Assembly: GCA_964230645.1 (NCBI GenBank)
Contig: CAXRHT010000001.1
Coordinates: 608,001 to 672,000 of the forward strand
Reading direction: 5' to 3'
DNA: 64,000 nucleotides
Source: Bdellovibrionales bacterium
GTDB taxonomy: Bacteria; Bdellovibrionota; Bdellovibrionia; Bdellovibrionales; JAGQZY01
In this document: in pieces, positions 1-10,155 of the stretch
Position numbering within the stretch: position 1 is the stretch's first letter
Layout: every line of letters starts with the position of its first letter
The notes under the pieces: model-generated
Databases searched by the model: none
The model's input: the letters and a program-made list of their open reading frames with translations, nothing else
What the model was told of the DNA's origin: nothing
Position numbers and translations under genes: made by a program

Positions 1-929
1 ACACCTTGAAGTTTGCCGTTGTTATAGCGCCACTGGGTGATCGCCCGATACTGACCATCACGACTGGCATAAGCGTGAATCCCTGCTTCGACAGCTCTCC
101 AGTCATTACCAGTAGCGACAAGGATTGGATCGATCCCGTTAAGAACTCCTTTATTGTGAGTGGCCGCGCGATAGGGATCACTTTCAGCAAAAATGGAGGC
201 TTCCTCGATTTTCTCCCCCATCTCGGCTTCCACATCGTTGATCTCTACTTCGGCGACCGTAAGCTTACTATCAACAAGGTTTGATAAAATACACATTGTC
301 ACAGTTTCACCGGAGAGTTCCTGGATGGGAGCTTTCAAAAATTCGCACACCTGATTGATCATATTCGCACCCATAGCATCACAAGGATTAAAATGGACAT
401 GGAATACGGCCATTTCAAAACCATCTTCCCTAGAAACCTTTCTTAGCAGGATATCTTCAACCCCACCTCCACGAGCCACCATGGAAGAGGCCACGTTTTG
501 GTTCACATCCTGAATCAATTGCGCTTTGTTCTCCTTTAGAATTGTCTCAAGCTTTTTGAAATCTTTGGTTCGGCCAATTTGAATTTGTCCGATAATATTA
601 CCACCCACAGTTTTTGTGGATATCTTACCTTTTTGACGAATCCAGCGGGCCGTTTTACTGGCGGCCGCTATAATTGAGGTCTCCTCCACAGCCATAGGAA
701 TCACACGATCGGTCCCATCAATATTAAAGTTCGTGGCTACTCCTAAAGGAAGCTGCATATAACCAATTGAATTTTCAATAAATTTGTCGGCAAGACTAGG
801 ATCTTGTACTCCCCCTTTAGAGAGATAATCGATATCTGACTTTGTCAGGGCTCCCATAGCGAGAAGTCGTTCAAATCTTTCGTCGCGATCAAGCTTTGAG
901 AAACCCTTAAATAAACTCTCTATTTCCAT
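1..929 (-). CDS. mvaA: HMG-CoA reductase, class II (3' end runs off the window)
   Basis: Missing from the ORF track. Manual translation from ATG at 929 gives MEIESLFKGFSKL...ENSIGYMQLPLG...PMAVEETSIIAAAS...DAMGAN...HNKG...ATGNDWRA, all class II HMGR motifs. The start overlaps the fni stop. Confidence 0.93.
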   Translation of the reverse strand, partial: MEIESLFKGFSKLDRDERFERLLAMGALTKSDIDYLSKGGVQDPSLADKFIENSIGYMQLPLGVATNFNIDGTDRVIPMAVEETSIIAAASKTARWIRQKGKISTKTVGGNIIGQIQIGRTKDFKKLETILKENKAQLIQDVNQNVASSMVARGGGVEDILLRKVSREDGFEMAVFHVHFNPCDAMGANMINQVCEFLKAPIQELSGETVTMCILSNLVDSKLTVAEVEINDVEAEMGEKIEEASIFAESDPYRAATHNKGVLNGIDPILVATGNDWRAVEAGIHAYASRDGQYRAITQWRYNNGKLQG

Positions 930-1969
930 AGCAGCAATTCCCTTTTTCCAACGAGGTTTTCTATTTTATCGATACCTAAACAAAACATAGCAATTTTTAG
1001 TTCTTTTTCTAACTGATCCATTTTGGCTTCAAGAGACTCTGTTCCTTTAAGAGCCTCTTTCAATATGGGTTGCGCAAAGCCCACCATCTTCGCTCCCTGC
1101 ACGAGAAGTTTCGCTGCATCAAGCCCTGATCTTACCCCTCCAGAGGCCCAAAGATCACAATTCAATGGACTGGATAAACCATTTTCAAGGGAGTCGACAG
1201 TCGATAGACCCCAATTAGCAAAGCTAGCTCCCACTGAATAGTCCGTTGTTCCCTCTTTCATACGAAGAGTTTCCACCCGCCCCCAGTGCGTTCCCCCAAG
1301 GCCACTTACATCAATGGCCTTCAAACCAACATCTTTTAATTTCGCAAAGGATTGTTTAGAAAAACCACAACCCGTTTCTTTTAAAACAACGGGAACGTTT
1401 AATTGTGAGCAAAGTTTTTCAAGGGCTTTGAGGCCGCCTCGAAACTGGGGTGTGCCCTCAGGTTGGATCGCCTCCTGCAGAGGGTTTGTGTGAACAACTA
1501 AAAATTGCGCTCCGAGCGAGTCGACAAGGGCTTGTAAATTCTTGATAGGGCAATCGATGATTTGGGAAAGACCAATATTTCCAAAAAGAATGGCTTTCGG
1601 AAAATTCTCGCGAATGGTCTCACACTCTTTGAAAGCTTCTGGATCAAAAAGTTGTCTTCTTTGGGAACCCACTCCCATCATCCAACCTTTTCTTTCACAA
1701 AGCTCCATCATTGTGTCGTTGAGAGTCTTTGCACCCGTATGACCAAGTGTCATCGAGCTTACAAAAAGGGGGGCATTGAGCGAATGTCCAAAAACCTTTG
1801 TGGACAAGTCCACATCGGAAAAATCTATTTCTGGTATGGGATTGTGCTGCAGCTCCAGTTTTGAGAACTGATCATTTTGAGCCTGAGAATTCTCCTTGAG
1901 AGAAATATCAATATGATCTCTCTTCCTCTGAGTGAATACATCAGAGGAAGAACTGGATGGCTGTTGCAA
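920..1969 (-). CDS. fni: Type 2 (FMN-dependent) isopentenyl-diphosphate isomerase
   Basis: RKxDH, SSMTxG, GSQR, HTNPLQE, KETGCG, GxGGT and SGGVRSG motifs. Confidence 0.95.
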   Translation of the reverse strand: MQQPSSSSSDVFTQRKRDHIDISLKENSQAQNDQFSKLELQHNPIPEIDFSDVDLSTKVFGHSLNAPLFVSSMTLGHTGAKTLNDTMMELCERKGWMMGVGSQRRQLFDPEAFKECETIRENFPKAILFGNIGLSQIIDCPIKNLQALVDSLGAQFLVVHTNPLQEAIQPEGTPQFRGGLKALEKLCSQLNVPVVLKETGCGFSKQSFAKLKDVGLKAIDVSGLGGTHWGRVETLRMKEGTTDYSVGASFANWGLSTVDSLENGLSSPLNCDLWASGGVRSGLDAAKLLVQGAKMVGFAQPILKEALKGTESLEAKMDQLEKELKIAMFCLGIDKIENLVGKRELLLWK

Positions 1970-1980
1970 AGGAGTCTCCC

Positions 1981-2328
1981 TTATTGGGGCATCACCTGTT
2001 TTACTAAGGCCGTAAATGAATCGGGATCTGTCACAGCGATATCAGCAAGAATCTTTCGATCGATTTCCAAATTAGACTGAGTGATGGCACCCATTAACTT
2101 GGAGTAGCTGGTTCCGTTGAGTTTTGCCGCAGCTGAGATTCGAGTGATCCACAACTTTCTGAATTCACGCTTTTTAGCCTTGCGATCTCTGTATGAGTAC
2201 ACAAGACCACGGTCGTTTTTCTCTTTAGCGACAGCATAGAGACGACTACCGGCTCCGCGGTAACCTTCCGCGCGATCCAAAACCTTATTACGACGACGAC
2301 GAGCTTTTACACCTCTTTTTACACGCAT
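1981..2328 (-). CDS. rplT: 50S ribosomal protein L20
   Basis: MRVKRGV...YRDRK.KKR.FR.LWI.RI; follows rpmI. Confidence 0.98.
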   Translation of the reverse strand: MRVKRGVKARRRRNKVLDRAEGYRGAGSRLYAVAKEKNDRGLVYSYRDRKAKKREFRKLWITRISAAAKLNGTSYSKLMGAITQSNLEIDRKILADIAVTDPDSFTALVKQVMPQ

Positions 2329-2342
2329 TTTCTATACTCCCG

Positions 2343-2534
2343 TTACAGATTCAAACACTTTTGAATGTTATCAAGATTGGCTTGGTCGACATATTTTTTA
2401 GGACCAAGTTGACGCTTTCTCTTAGCACTTTTGTTGCTAAGGATGTGGCGTAAACCTTGTTGTTTCCTCTTGATCTTGTCACGGCTTTTTACGCGGAAGC
2501 GTTTTTTAGCACCAGAGTGGGTCTTTTGCTTCAT
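2343..2534 (-). CDS. rpmI: 50S ribosomal protein L35
   Basis: [10 protein letters not shown] motif; synteny with rplT. Confidence 0.97.
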   Translation of the reverse strand: MKQKTHSGAKKRFRVKSRDKIKRKQQGLRHILSNKSAKRKRQLGPKKYVDQANLDNIQKCLNL

Positions 2535-2986
2535 GATGGTTCCTTTCCCTGAAGGCGAAATCTCCTTAATTGGAAATCCACTTATAATGAGCCTTTAGTA
2601 GATTGTGCCGAAGGTTTTAGCCCATTATGCCGCGTTTGTCCATACCTTTACTGGGAATTCAAGGGGGTCAGGCCTCTCCGTTAAACACAATAACCCTCCC
2701 CTAAATTACTGATTTTGCTTACCTTTTGATCCGCACCTCATCGAACGCTCTCGACGAGGAGAAAGTCTCAGAAAAAATAGGAGGCTCAGGCAAACGACAC
2801 AAGGATCAAAGCCTGCCCCACTACGATGCTAAGTACTGCTGACAGGTTGATTCTTTGCGCTCTTGAAAGACCCATTTTCCACTAAAATGAGGCGGTGGAA
2901 GAGCCAGCCAGGCAAGCCCTTTTGGTCTGTTCTAAAAACAAATTGTTATTTAAATGAAGTCTTCCTGCCTGGCGAGTATTAGAAAC

Positions 2987-3017
2987 AAAAAAAGCCTCTC
3001 GGAGTGGAGAGGCTTTT
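2987..3017 (-). terminator. Intrinsic terminator after infC
   Basis: aaaagcctctc-ggagtg-gagaggctttt hairpin, followed by a U-run on the minus strand. Confidence 0.8.
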
Positions 3018-3047
3018 GGTAAATCTTAAAGACTAAAAGGAAAAATC

Positions 3048-3662
3048 TTAAGAATTGGAAGCTTGTTTTTCTTCCATCTTCTTTTCTTGTTTTTTCTTTT
3101 GCTCATACTCTTTGATTTTAGCGGAATCAGGCGCCATCACCACAAAAAGTTGGCGACCTTCCATTTTTGGTTCCACTTCTGCTGTGGCTAAATCACTAAG
3201 TTTACCCATCACTTTTCTGAGAACTTCTGCACCCACTTCTTTGTGAGCCATTTCTCGACCATGATAGCGGAGATTCACTTTAACCTTATCGCCAGAGAGT
3301 AAGAATTTTCGAGCATGATTGAGCTTGGTTTCCAGATCGTGGTCATCGGTGCGAGGTCGAATTTGGATCTCTTTAACGGTGATCACGTTTTGCTTTTTCT
3401 TAGCAGCCTGGGCCTTTTTCTTATTTTCATATTTCCACTTACCATAATCCATCATTTTACAGGTGGGTGGTTTTGCGTTGGGTGCAATTTCAATAAGATC
3501 CAGATTTTTTTCACCGGCTAATTTAAGAGCTTCTTGAATGGAATGTACTCCCATCATTTGCCCTTCTTCATCAATAACACGAACCTCACGGGCTGTGATC
3601 CGGTCGTTGACTCGATATTTTTCTTTTGGTGGGGCCTGACGCCCGCCACGTGGTCTGCGAAT
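3048..3662 (-). CDS. infC: Translation initiation factor IF-3 with ATT start codon
   Basis: The frame extends upstream of the listed ORF (..YRVNDRITAREVRVIDEEG..) to ATT at 3662, which lies 5 nt after AAAGGAGG. Confidence 0.93.
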   Translation of the reverse strand: MRRPRGGRQAPPKEKYRVNDRITAREVRVIDEEGQMMGVHSIQEALKLAGEKNLDLIEIAPNAKPPTCKMMDYGKWKYENKKKAQAAKKKQNVITVKEIQIRPRTDDHDLETKLNHARKFLLSGDKVKVNLRYHGREMAHKEVGAEVLRKVMGKLSDLATAEVEPKMEGRQLFVVMAPDSAKIKEYEQKKKQEKKMEEKQASNS

Positions 3663-3677
3663 AAGGTCCTCCTTTGG

Positions 3678-5618
3678 TTAAACCTTGATTAGATTTTCTC
3701 TACTTTTTGTTTCGATTTCTTTGTTAACGGTTTTAATAAAGTCCTCAATACTCATGGCAGGACTTGTTTCTCCTGTTCGCACTCGTACAGAAACTTGATT
3801 GTCTTCTAATTCTTTGTCCCCAATGATCATCATATAGGGCACTTTTTGTAATTGGTTTTCTCGGATTTTGTAGCCAAGCTTTTCATTGCGATCATCAAAG
3901 TGAACACGAACACCTTGCTCTTCCAATTGCTTCTTAATTTTCAAACAGTACTCTTTTTGCCTGTCGGTCACATTAAGAATGCTTACCTGGGTTGGGCAGA
4001 GCCATAAAGGAAATTTACCATCCATATGTTCAATATAAATACCGATAAAACGCTCAAGAGTTCCTAGAATCGCTCGGTGAAGTAAAACCGGTTGATGCTC
4101 TTGGTTGTCTTCTCCCACGTAGGAGAGCTCAAAGTTTTTAGGCATATTAAAATCCACTTGCATGGTTCCAAGCTGCCAAGTCCGTTTCATCACGTCTACA
4201 AAATGAATTTCAATTTTAGGACCATAAAAAGCACCATCACCAGGACTAATTTCATAGGGAATATCAAGTGACTTGAGAGCTGTTTCAAGAGCTTGCTCCG
4301 ATTGATCCCATATGTCGTCACTCCCTAATCGATCTTCTGGGCGAGTGGCCACATAGACTTTGAAATCCGCTAAACCAAGAGTGTCGTAGATCTCTTTAAG
4401 CATTTGCATAAAAGACTGAATCTCACTTTGCATTTGCTCCACAGTACAAAAAATATGAGCATCATCCTGACACATCGAACGCACACGAGTGAGCCCATGC
4501 AAAGCCCCACTGGCTTCGTAGCGATGCAGACGGCCGAAGTCAGCAATTCTCATCGGTAGCTCACGATAGGAGTGTTTTTCAGAAGCATAAAGAAGACAGT
4601 GACCAGGGCAATTCATCGGTTTTACACCCGTAACCCCTTTATCACCAAGCTCACTAAAGTACATATTGTCTTGATAATGATCGTAGTGGCCGGAAGCCTT
4701 ATAAAGTGCCACATCATATATTTGAGGGGTGATCACTTCACTGTATTCGTATTTTTTGTAACAGTCGCGAATGTAGCCCGTCAGTTCATTATAGATAGTT
4801 GTTCCACGAGGGGTGAAAAACGGCATCCCCGGAGCCCAATCATGAAACATGAATAGACCTAGGTCTTTTCCAACCTTCCTGTGGTCTCGTTTTTTAGCTT
4901 CCTCTAGGAAATGAAGATACTCTTTGAGTTCTTTCTTGTCGTTAAAGGCCGTTCCATAAACACGCTGAAGCTGTTTGTTATTTTGGTCTCCGCGCCAATA
5001 GGCTCCAGCCAAACTCATCACCTTCACAGCTTTGACTTGCCCGGTGTGCTGCACATGGGGCCCACGACAGAGATCAAACCACTCCCCTTGGGAGTAGACA
5101 GAAACCTCGTCTTCTCCAAGGTCACGAATAATTTCTGCCTTATAGGTTTCACCCATGTCGTTAAAAATTTTAATCGCTTTTTCGGCGGACCAAACTTCTT
5201 TTGTCACAGGAAGATTTCTTTTAACAATTTCCTTCATTTTCTTTTCAATCTTAGCAAGGTCGTCAGAGGAGAAAGGAGTTTTTGGATCAAAATCATAATA
5301 GAAACCGGAATCAACCACAGGACCTATCGTCACTTTTACATCATCGAAGAGCTCTTGTACGGCTTGCGCCATAATGTGAGCCCCAGAGTGTCTGAGCACT
5401 TCTCTGCCCTCAGGAGATTGCGCAGTCACTATAGAGAGCTGATCGCCATCATTAAGCTTTGTGCGCAAATCCACCACTTCTTTTGAGTCGTTGATTTGCC
5501 CACCAACAGTGGACTTCGCTAAGCCCGAACCGATGCTCTCGGCCACTTCTAGTACAGTTGGCTCGTGATCAAAGGATTTTATGGAGTTATCAGGTAAACG
5601 GATCTTTATCGATGACAT
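3678..5618 (-). CDS. thrS: Threonine--tRNA ligase
   Basis: TGS domain, DLCRGPH, RDHR, KPMNCPGH, GAFYGPK, HRAILG. Confidence 0.98.
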   Translation of the reverse strand: MSSIKIRLPDNSIKSFDHEPTVLEVAESIGSGLAKSTVGGQINDSKEVVDLRTKLNDGDQLSIVTAQSPEGREVLRHSGAHIMAQAVQELFDDVKVTIGPVVDSGFYYDFDPKTPFSSDDLAKIEKKMKEIVKRNLPVTKEVWSAEKAIKIFNDMGETYKAEIIRDLGEDEVSVYSQGEWFDLCRGPHVQHTGQVKAVKVMSLAGAYWRGDQNNKQLQRVYGTAFNDKKELKEYLHFLEEAKKRDHRKVGKDLGLFMFHDWAPGMPFFTPRGTTIYNELTGYIRDCYKKYEYSEVITPQIYDVALYKASGHYDHYQDNMYFSELGDKGVTGVKPMNCPGHCLLYASEKHSYRELPMRIADFGRLHRYEASGALHGLTRVRSMCQDDAHIFCTVEQMQSEIQSFMQMLKEIYDTLGLADFKVYVATRPEDRLGSDDIWDQSEQALETALKSLDIPYEISPGDGAFYGPKIEIHFVDVMKRTWQLGTMQVDFNMPKNFELSYVGEDNQEHQPVLLHRAILGTLERFIGIYIEHMDGKFPLWLCPTQVSILNVTDRQKEYCLKIKKQLEEQGVRVHFDDRNEKLGYKIRENQLQKVPYMMIIGDKELEDNQVSVRVRTGETSPAMSIEDFIKTVNKEIETKSRENLIKV

Positions 5619-5771
5619 CGAGGGATTAACAGGTGGTAAAAAGATCGTAGTTAGATTGATTCATTCCTTTTTTTATCTCTAAAAATGGCTCATTTTGCAA
5701 GTCTTAATAGCTGAGATGCAATATGGAAGGGCATTAGGTCTCAAATTTCAACTATCATCGAGAATTCTGCC

Positions 5772-6341
5772 CTACTGACAAGAAAAGCCGCGATTACTGA
5801 CGTCAGGAGCCCCTAGAAACGAAAAACTAAAGGAAGGTGCCCCCGATGAGGAAGTGGAGGTTCCCGGCATTAGAGAGAGATCACAGTTTTCTAAAGCCCA
5901 GAGGCCATCGACGGTGAATGTCGACTCATCCGGACAAGTGTATCGAATGACGGATCCAAAGGATTCAGCCCGAAAGACCCCGTAGTCTCTGGTGTGAAGG
6001 GTAAAATCTGAGCCCTCTTCCTCAAAGGCCAAACAAAAGGCACCATCGTTAATTTCGAAATTCCAGTCTTCTGTAGCCGTAGGATCAGAGGTGTTCACCG
6101 CCTGATTGAACGTGATCGTACGCCCCCCTTGAGTGCACTGAGAACCATCTCCAGCGAGTGTCCCTTGAGTTCCAACACCCCATAAACAGGTTTCCGCAAA
6201 GGCGACACTTTGCCTCCAACAGCTTTGGCTGTCCTCGAAAAAAGAGCAGGATTGAACACCTGTTAGGGTCTCAGACGAACTCTCTTCGCTCTGGCAAGAA
6301 AGAAGGAATGAAAAAAGAAAAAGGCTTAAAAATAACTTCAT
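5772..6341 (-). CDS. Hypothetical Cys-rich lipoprotein
   Basis: Signal peptide with lipobox LLSC; several Cys residues. Confidence 0.7.
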   Translation of the reverse strand: MKLFLSLFLFSFLLSCQSEESSSETLTGVQSCSFFEDSQSCWRQSVAFAETCLWGVGTQGTLAGDGSQCTQGGRTITFNQAVNTSDPTATEDWNFEINDGAFCLAFEEEGSDFTLHTRDYGVFRAESFGSVIRYTCPDESTFTVDGLWALENCDLSLMPGTSTSSSGAPSFSFSFLGAPDVSNRGFSCQ

Positions 6342-6410
6342 AACTTAAAAGCTTAGTTCCGATCTTTAGAGATAGCAAAAGAGTTATGACCTCACCTGTT
6401 AGGCACTATT

Positions 6411-6437
6411 AAAAAAGGCCCTCTAAGGGCCTTTTTT
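6411..6437. terminator. Symmetric intrinsic terminator after the act operon
   Basis: aaaaaaggccct-cta-agggcctttttt. Confidence 0.85.
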
Positions 6438-6460
6438 AACAATTTAAATAGAGGGTTCTT

Positions 6461-7660
6461 TTAGTAAGTCACATGATGAGAGAGTGACTCATGAATTCTA
6501 GGATCTTTCACAGGCACAAGGTTATGCTTTCCAAGGAACCTTGAAACTAGGAATAAAAACACTCCAAGGAAACCAATAAACACACCCACTTCCATCCAAG
6601 AGAAAACCACATGGTCTTTATAATTAGGGTAAACCACCCAGTAAAGATCCACGTACTGCATGACCAATACTAAAATACATACCATCACTAAGTGCATGGG
6701 CGTTCTTTTAGCCCATCTTGGGAGTAGCGCTACAAAAGGAACAATAAATTTAAATACGAGGAGAGCCAAAGAGACTTCCATCCACCCACCATGGCTACGG
6801 TGAAGGTAAAACACCGTTTCCTCAGGAAGGTTGGCATACCAAATCAACATAAACTGAGAAAAGGCAATATAAGCCCAGAAAACAGTAAAGCCTTTTAGAA
6901 ATTTGGCCACATCATGGACATGCTCTTCTGTCATAAGGCCAGTGACCCAACCCTTAGAGCGACAGTAAAGAATCATGAGAATTGTAAAAGCCAGAGTGGA
7001 CTGAAACAGTCCCGCAAAACAATAAACTCCCCAAATCGTTGAAAACCAATGAGGTTCGAGACTCATTAAAAGGTCCACACTGAAAAGAGAGTAACTTAAA
7101 GCAAAAACCAAAAGGAAAGCCACAGATACGCGCGTGAGCTTATGAGTCCAAGCCTCGTCGCCATCTTCATCTTGCTTGAGAGAGTAGCCAACGATTTTAG
7201 TGGAGAAAAACCACCAAAGCAGTGCAAAGACAACCATACGAACGGCCCAAAAACCCCAATTCAAATAGGCGTATTTACCAGCGATAATAGGATCATTGAG
7301 ATAAACTTCTTTATCTAGCCAAAGATAAAGGTCCGAGCCTGAGGCCAATAAAACAAGCCCTCCCACTAAAACCACGGGAAGAAAAGCTGTCATACTCTCA
7401 GAGATACGACGAATATTAACACTCCATCCGGCTTGCACCGCATGCTGGATCGCAGAGAAAAAGAGTCCTCCGATCGCTAGAGATGAGAAATAAAAATAGC
7501 TAGTGAGGTAAGAGTGCCAAACTCTCTCTTTATTAAGGATGAATCCGGCAACCAATGAGGCTAAGCCTATACCCATCATAACAAAGAAAATCACTTTGGT
7601 GTTTCCTGGCAGTTCAAACTTTTTTGGCTCCACTTTTTCAACGACTGTATGATTACCCAT
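6461..7660 (-). CDS. actF: Alternative complex III membrane subunit F
   Basis: About 10 TM helices; D..MSLEPHWFST and FW.Y..FSQF.LIWYAN.PEE motifs; operon position. Confidence 0.9.
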   Translation of the reverse strand: MGNHTVVEKVEPKKFELPGNTKVIFFVMMGIGLASLVAGFILNKERVWHSYLTSYFYFSSLAIGGLFFSAIQHAVQAGWSVNIRRISESMTAFLPVVLVGGLVLLASGSDLYLWLDKEVYLNDPIIAGKYAYLNWGFWAVRMVVFALLWWFFSTKIVGYSLKQDEDGDEAWTHKLTRVSVAFLLVFALSYSLFSVDLLMSLEPHWFSTIWGVYCFAGLFQSTLAFTILMILYCRSKGWVTGLMTEEHVHDVAKFLKGFTVFWAYIAFSQFMLIWYANLPEETVFYLHRSHGGWMEVSLALLVFKFIVPFVALLPRWAKRTPMHLVMVCILVLVMQYVDLYWVVYPNYKDHVVFSWMEVGVFIGFLGVFLFLVSRFLGKHNLVPVKDPRIHESLSHHVTY

Positions 7661-8274
7661 TATTTTCCTCGCGATTTCTTTTGAAGTTCTCTAACGTACA
7701 GAACCACAGCCCAACGATCTTTTTCCTTTGGAAGTTGATGGATGTAAGTTCCCATCAGACCCTGACCGTCAGTAATAATATGAAAGATTCTTCCATCGGG
7801 ATAATTTTTAATTTTGTCTGTCACAAGAGAGGGAGGTTTAATACCTACGAATTTATCCGCCACTTGGCCATCGCCCTGTCCACCCGGTCCATGGCAAAGA
7901 AGACAAAAGTTTTTGTAATGTCTTTTACCAAGCTGAACCATGTCCTTTTTGCTGGTGTAAGGGTTAGAGAGCTCCTGCCCCGCTTTCACAGGCTGGCCTT
8001 TGTAAAGATAAGGCTTTACATTCTTTGGCCAACTTCCCTCGGGTGGAACAAGCATAGAGCTCTTCTCTCTATTTTGAGGGTGAAAGTCTTGGGCCTTGAG
8101 AGCTGGCTGCTCTAACATATCTTGAATCAGTTCGACATTGGGCTTATTGCCATCGGGCCCACAACCTGTGAGCACGAGTCCCGCAAAAGTTAACATTGTT
8201 AAAAACGCCACCCCTGCAAAACTAAAGATGAACAAAGTCTTTACCCACTCGAGAATACTTACCGCTGTTTTCAT
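7660..8274 (-). CDS. actE: Alternative complex III monoheme cytochrome c lipoprotein
   Basis: Lipobox LTGC and one CLLCH motif. Likely start is ATG 8274, just after the actD stop (ORF track starts at 8313). Confidence 0.88.
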   Translation of the reverse strand: MKTAVSILEWVKTLFIFSFAGVAFLTMLTFAGLVLTGCGPDGNKPNVELIQDMLEQPALKAQDFHPQNREKSSMLVPPEGSWPKNVKPYLYKGQPVKAGQELSNPYTSKKDMVQLGKRHYKNFCLLCHGPGGQGDGQVADKFVGIKPPSLVTDKIKNYPDGRIFHIITDGQGLMGTYIHQLPKEKDRWAVVLYVRELQKKSRGK

Positions 8275-8275
8275 A

Positions 8276-8800
8276 CTAATACTCCGAAACTCTTTTGACT
8301 TCATCTGCACCAAGCTCTTTCATAAAAGCTTCTACTTTTTCTACGGAATAGCCCTCTTCATTATCAGGGACCCAAAGCGCAAATTTATGAGAGGTTAAAT
8401 CTGGGTCAATAATGGGTGGGTTAATCGTAGGAAGACCATTTAAAATAAACATGGTGATCACTGATGAAAGGGCTGCAAATAAAATTGTAATTTCAAAGGT
8501 GATGGGAATAAAAGCCGGAATAGAGAAAAAAGGCTTTCCTCCCACATTGATCGCCCAACTCACAGCACTGGTCCAATATTGTAATAGTAGACCCGCTCCA
8601 CAACCGGTCACTCCTGCAACAAAAGTGACCCATGGAATCCCTGATCTCTTAATCCCCACAGCTTCTTCCATGCCGTGCACGGGAAAAGGAGTGATGGCAT
8701 CAAACTTTTTATAGCCAGCCTTTCTCATTTTCTCTGCGGCAATTAAAATTTTATCATCATCTAAGAAAATACCAGCCACGCCACTTCTTCTTTTTGCCAT
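8276..8800 (-). CDS. actD: Alternative complex III subunit D (DUF3341-like)
   Basis: TPFPVHG and GGKP...PAFIPITFE motifs. Confidence 0.9.
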   Translation of the reverse strand: MAKRRSGVAGIFLDDDKILIAAEKMRKAGYKKFDAITPFPVHGMEEAVGIKRSGIPWVTFVAGVTGCGAGLLLQYWTSAVSWAINVGGKPFFSIPAFIPITFEITILFAALSSVITMFILNGLPTINPPIIDPDLTSHKFALWVPDNEEGYSVEKVEAFMKELGADEVKRVSEY

Positions 8801-10155
8801 TAGTGACCTCCTTTTTTCTTACCAACATAAAGAACCGGCTTGACCTCAGCGATAGAGATCGCAGGGAAGGCCCTTAGATAGAGTAAGAACAGAGTTAGGA
8901 ACATTCCAAAACTTCCAAATAAAATTGCGGCATCATAAAAAGACCAGTCATACATACCCCAGTTGGAAGGCAGGAAGTCTCTATGAAGTGAGGTCACTGT
9001 AATTACGAAACGCTCAAACCACATACCGATGTTTACGAAAATTGATATGACAAACATGATAGGAATACTTCTTCTTGCGGCTCTAAACCAGAAAATCTGT
9101 GGAATGAACACGTTACAAGAGAACATGATCCAGTACGACCACCAGTAAGGTCCGAGCGCTCGGTTGATAAAAGCGTACTGCTCATATTTCACCCCTGAGT
9201 ACCAAGCAATAAAAAGCTCGGAACAATAGGCGTAACCAACGAGCATCCCCGTGCACATGATAATTTTATTCATGGCCTCCATATGATCGATGGTGATGTA
9301 GTCTTTAAACTTGGGAAAACCAATTCGAACAAGAGTGAGCAGTGTTACCACCATTCCGAATCCAGAGAAGATCGCTCCCGCCACAAAATAAGGCGGAAAG
9401 ATTGTTGTGTGCCAGCCAGGAAGAGAGGCCACAGCAAAGTCAAAAGATACGATAGTGTGAACCGAAAGAACGAGTGGAGTCGCAAGACCTGCAAGAAGCA
9501 TATAAACCATTTCGTAATGGCTCCAGTGTCTTGCCGACCCTCTCCAACCAAGAGAAAGTACACCGTAAACGGTCTTTCGCACTTTATTTTTGGCGCGGTC
9601 GCGAACTGTGGCGAAATCAGGAACTAGCCCCACATACCAGAAAACAATGGAAACTGTGGCGTAAGTGGAAACCGCAAAAACGTCCCATAAAAGAGGCGAA
9701 CGGAAGTTCACCCATAGGGGGCCTCTTTGGTTCGGATAAGGAAGAAGCCAGAAATCAAGCCAAGGTCTTCCCGTGTGAATGAGTGGAAAAATCCCGGCTG
9801 TCATTACCGCGAAAACGGTCATAGCCTCTGCACTTCGTGCCACCGAGGTTCTCCACTTCTGTCGGAAAAGAAAAAGGATCGCTGAAATCAAAGTTCCCGC
9901 GTGTCCAATACCAATCCAGAAAACGAAGGTCACAATATCTGTACCCCACCCGACAGGATGGTTGGTTCCCATAAGCCCCATCCCTGTAAAAAGGATGACC
10001 CCTACACTGATCAAATAAAAGATCAAAAGGGATTTGGCTGAGAAGAACATCAGCATCCACTGTTTACCAGGAACGGTTTCAATGGGTTCGCAAATATCGT
10101 CAGTGATATCTTTATACGTTTTATCGCCAAGAATTAAAGGATTACGATCCATCAT
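8800..10155 (-). CDS. actC: Alternative complex III NrfD/PsrC-family quinol-binding subunit
   Basis: [38 protein letters not shown]. Confidence 0.93.
   Translation of the reverse strand: MMDRNPLILGDKTYKDITDDICEPIETVPGKQWMLMFFSAKSLLIFYLISVGVILFTGMGLMGTNHPVGWGTDIVTFVFWIGIGHAGTLISAILFLFRQKWRTSVARSAEAMTVFAVMTAGIFPLIHTGRPWLDFWLLPYPNQRGPLWVNFRSPLLWDVFAVSTYATVSIVFWYVGLVPDFATVRDRAKNKVRKTVYGVLSLGWRGSARHWSHYEMVYMLLAGLATPLVLSVHTIVSFDFAVASLPGWHTTIFPPYFVAGAIFSGFGMVVTLLTLVRIGFPKFKDYITIDHMEAMNKIIMCTGMLVGYAYCSELFIAWYSGVKYEQYAFINRALGPYWWSYWIMFSCNVFIPQIFWFRAARRSIPIMFVISIFVNIGMWFERFVITVTSLHRDFLPSNWGMYDWSFYDAAILFGSFGMFLTLFLLYLRAFPAISIAEVKPVLYVGKKKGGH

Noticed and set aside
6..284. 92-aa plus-strand ORF
   Set aside because: Antisense shadow of HMG-CoA reductase.
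2784..2850. Resemblance to c-di-GMP-I (GGCAAAC...CAAAGCC) or glycine (CTCAGGCAAA) riboswitch words
   Set aside because: The required stems (GAAA-capped P2; GCCGAAG in the correct order) are missing, and the orientation is opposite to the flanking genes.
4572..5486. Plus-strand ORFs of 94 and 191 aa (and the many similar short antisense ORFs across the window)
   Set aside because: They lie opposite well-supported genes and have no motifs or RBS.
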